Shown piece after piece: positions 61,930-64,000 of a stretch of 64,000 nt of DNA (its first letter is position 1; each line of letters begins with the position of its first letter). The stretch comes from Patescibacteria group bacterium (lineage in GTDB: Bacteria > Patescibacteriota > Minisyncoccia > Phycocordibacterales > JAKFXT01). The DNA is taken from contig JBBTUX010000010.1 of NCBI GenBank assembly GCA_038063555.1, positions 22,936 to 86,935 of the forward strand, in the 5' to 3' direction. Both the position numbers and the translations under genes were made by a program. Below the pieces are notes generated by a model. The model worked only from the letters and a program-made list of their open reading frames with translations, did not search any database and was not told the DNA's origin.

Positions 61930-62862
61930 TTAGGAACAGAGAAGTTTTTGATGTTTAGAACAAAAGTGAGCACTTCGGCCATTTACTATTTTTCGTAAAA
62001 TTACTCCTTTGCATTGGTGTTTTTGACAGGGCTTACCTGTTTTTCTGTAGGCCATGTGTTTATTTTGGAATTTGCCTTTTTTGCCATCAACATTTCTATA
62101 GTCAGAGGTTGAATCTCCCCCAAAGTGAATACCGCCCTTTAGGGCTGGTTTGATTGCCCGAAAAACTTTTTGCAAAAGTTTTTCGGGTAAATTTCGCACT
62201 CTCTCTTCTGGATTAACCCCAGAATGAAAAAGAATTTCATCAGAGTAAATATTGCCAATTCCAGAAATCACAGTTTGATCCATCAAAGCTGTTTTTATTT
62301 TGGTGTTTTGGCGTTTAAAAATTCGCTCCCTAAAAATTTTATATGTAAAATTTTTAGGGAGGGGTTCGGGTCCCAAGTGCGCAAGGTGAGGGGAATGAAG
62401 AAGTTTGTCGGTTTCAATAAGAGCAATTTTCCCAAATTTTCTCGTGTCGCAAAAAACAAGATGTTTTCCATTACTAAGCGTAAAAACAGCATGAATGAAG
62501 CGATTAAACGGGTTACGGAGAGCCTCGTTCTTTTCTTTTTCGTGTGGTATCCAAACTTCCTTTTTCTTTTTGTTGGTTGTTGGTTGTAAGTCGTAGGTTT
62601 TTTTGTAATACCCAACCATTAAATGACCAGTCATTTTCATATGAATTAAGACCGTTTTATTACCCGAAAGATTTATCAATATATTTTTGGCACGTCTTTT
62701 AATAGAAATTACTTTTTTATTTAATATTTCTTTTTTAAATTTAGAAAAGGCAATGGAGTGAAACATTTTTTCGAAGTCCGTCCAAACATCTTTTATCGAA
62801 AGCTTGGGTAGGACTTTCTGTAGTCCAGAAACGGTTGTTTGTACCTCGGGTAATTCGGGCAT
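61930..62862 (-). CDS. mutM: Formamidopyrimidine-DNA glycosylase; contains in-frame CAACCAAC-type repeat insertion
   Basis: MPELPEVQTTV... N-terminus, H2TH region, and a C-terminal zinc finger (CQKHQC...C..C). Insertion ...YDLQPTTNKKKKE... is encoded by 62570-62597. Confidence 0.85.
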   Translation of the reverse strand: MPELPEVQTTVSGLQKVLPKLSIKDVWTDFEKMFHSIAFSKFKKEILNKKVISIKRRAKNILINLSGNKTVLIHMKMTGHLMVGYYKKTYDLQPTTNKKKKEVWIPHEKEKNEALRNPFNRFIHAVFTLSNGKHLVFCDTRKFGKIALIETDKLLHSPHLAHLGPEPLPKNFTYKIFRERIFKRQNTKIKTALMDQTVISGIGNIYSDEILFHSGVNPEERVRNLPEKLLQKVFRAIKPALKGGIHFGGDSTSDYRNVDGKKGKFQNKHMAYRKTGKPCQKHQCKGVILRKIVNGRSAHFCSKHQKLLCS

Positions 62863-62938
62863 GTATTAAACTTACAATAAGTAACCCACAACTAACAAGT
62901 TTTATAAAAAAATATCATTTTTTGATATAATTGAATCC

Positions 62939-64000
62939 TTGAAAAACACAATTTTGTTTTTTGTCGGTTTGAGCATGCTTCTTTCCATAACGCTTCTCTA
63001 CGCGGGGAGCGCTAATCGCATATTTTTGTCTTATGGGGAAATCACAGAGATGATGGCCTCATTGTTTTTTGCAAAAGGTATAACGACTGAAGAATTGCAA
63101 AATAGATACAATTCGGATAGCGGAGAATCAAAGAGTCTAAAAAAAGTAAAGATTCTCGTGGTGCCAGGACACTTCCCCAATAAAGGAGGAGGGGAGTTCG
63201 GTTCTGTCAAAGAAAGAAATATGGCAGTTTCTCTAGGTAAAAATCTGGTTTCTTTTTTGGAAGAAAACGAACGCTTTGAAGTGTTACTGGCAAGAGACGA
63301 TACAAGATTTATTAAAGAAATTGGTGAATATGTAATAAATAATAAAAAAGAGATTGAAAAATGGATCAGTGAGCACAAAAATGAAATGAACAGTTTGATT
63401 GAAAATGGCAAAGTCATTGATATAGATGGTCCGCCCCACAATACTATAAATCAGGAAGACGCCAACGATCTTTATGGAGTTAATAAATGGGCAAATGAAA
63501 ATGACGTGGCTTTAGTTATAAACATTCATTTTAATGATTATCCGCGTAAAAGCTCCACAACAATTGGCAAATATTATGGATTTACAGTTTATGTTCCGGA
63601 AAATCAATACGGGAACGCAGAAAGTTCGGGTGAGGTCGCGGATTATATAGCAAATCGTTTAGGTTTATTTTTGCCGACAAGTAATATGCCAAAGGAAAAA
63701 GGGGGAGTGGTGGAAGACCAAGACCTAATTGCTCTTGGCAGGTTTAATACTTCTAAAACCGCCAGCATACTAATTGAGTATGGCTATATTTATGAGCCAA
63801 TGTTTAGAACAAAAGAAACTAGAGAAGTTGTTTTGAGAGAAATGGCATATCAGACTTATTTAAGTATTGAAGAATTTTTCGGCGTTATTCATGAGGAGGT
63901 TTCATTTATTACAAATAAAGAAGATATGAAGATTTTTTCTGGAGCAGATACTCCAACGCCTGAAGCCCTGCGTTTACAGCTTGCTTTAATAGGAAACGGT
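62939..64000 (+). CDS. N-acetylmuramoyl-L-alanine amidase (Amidase_3 family), 3' end outside window
   Basis: Open frame to the window end, not in the ORF track because there is no in-window stop. ...KILVVPGHFPNKGGGEFGSVKERNMAVSLGKNL...ALVINIHFND... matches Amidase_3. N-terminal hydrophobic segment. Start TTG 62939 or ATG 62975. Confidence 0.6.
   Translation, partial: MKNTILFFVGLSMLLSITLLYAGSANRIFLSYGEITEMMASLFFAKGITTEELQNRYNSDSGESKSLKKVKILVVPGHFPNKGGGEFGSVKERNMAVSLGKNLVSFLEENERFEVLLARDDTRFIKEIGEYVINNKKEIEKWISEHKNEMNSLIENGKVIDIDGPPHNTINQEDANDLYGVNKWANENDVALVINIHFNDYPRKSSTTIGKYYGFTVYVPENQYGNAESSGEVADYIANRLGLFLPTSNMPKEKGGVVEDQDLIALGRFNTSKTASILIEYGYIYEPMFRTKETREVVLREMAYQTYLSIEEFFGVIHEEVSFITNKEDMKIFSGADTPTPEALRLQLALIGNG

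Overview
This is a low-GC (~35%), gene-dense bacterial chromosome segment on the standard genetic code. It spans the rpmH-rnpA-yidC-jag / dnaA-dnaN replication-origin region.

The gene content suggests a small-genome, Patescibacteria/CPR-like organism (inference). Evidence includes many small hypothetical membrane or secreted proteins, a VirB4/VirB6/PrgI-like type-IV-secretion-like cluster plus a PilB ATPase, a CCA-adding enzyme, tRNA genes mostly lacking an encoded CCA, and four-helix-bundle 'IVS protein' genes.

Housekeeping genes I can support from the sequence are:
- RNA processing and translation: rny (5' partial), hup, a trypsin-like protease, YraN, cca, xth, xerC/D, rpsO, pnp, dksA-like, comM/yifB, a LysM-M23 peptidase, rsmA, tsaE, tyrS and a TrmH/SpoU methyltransferase.
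- Replication and repair: pcrA/uvrD, rpmH, dnaA, dnaN, polA, a holA-like gene, ruvC, ruvB, YebC and mutM.
- Envelope: PBP1A, yidC, jag, rnpA, a DoxX protein and a 3'-partial MurNAc-L-Ala amidase.
- Five tRNAs on the minus strand: Gly-TCC, Pro-TGG, Gly-GCC, Arg-TCG and Lys-TTT.

The most interesting signals are not ordinary genes:
1. A family of hairpin (inverted-repeat) elements built from GAGTTAYGA units. One carries a four-helix-bundle (23S-rRNA-IVS / Avd-like) gene inside the T4SS-like operon; three 'empty' copies sit elsewhere, one of which splits virB4 into two ORFs.
2. A second repeat family (CAACCAAC/GACTTAC) that flanks a second four-helix-bundle gene. It is also embedded in-frame in three protein-coding genes, including mutM.
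3. A GC-rich GGCGGATCCGCCTCWGGCGG palindrome family. It acts as terminators, brackets a small Cys-rich gene cassette that interrupts the rpsO-pnp operon, and sits in-frame (~8 extra codons each) twice in polA and once in trmH.
4. Three paralogous structured elements immediately 3' of minus-strand tRNA genes. Each carries a segment antisense to the upstream tRNA's T-arm, and the paralogs differ by compensatory base changes.
5. Three discrete GC-rich (48-58%) single-gene islands with their own promoter and/or terminators.
6. An att-like duplication of the tRNA-Pro 3' end next to a HEPN-motif gene.

No CRISPR array, rRNA or reverse transcriptase was seen.
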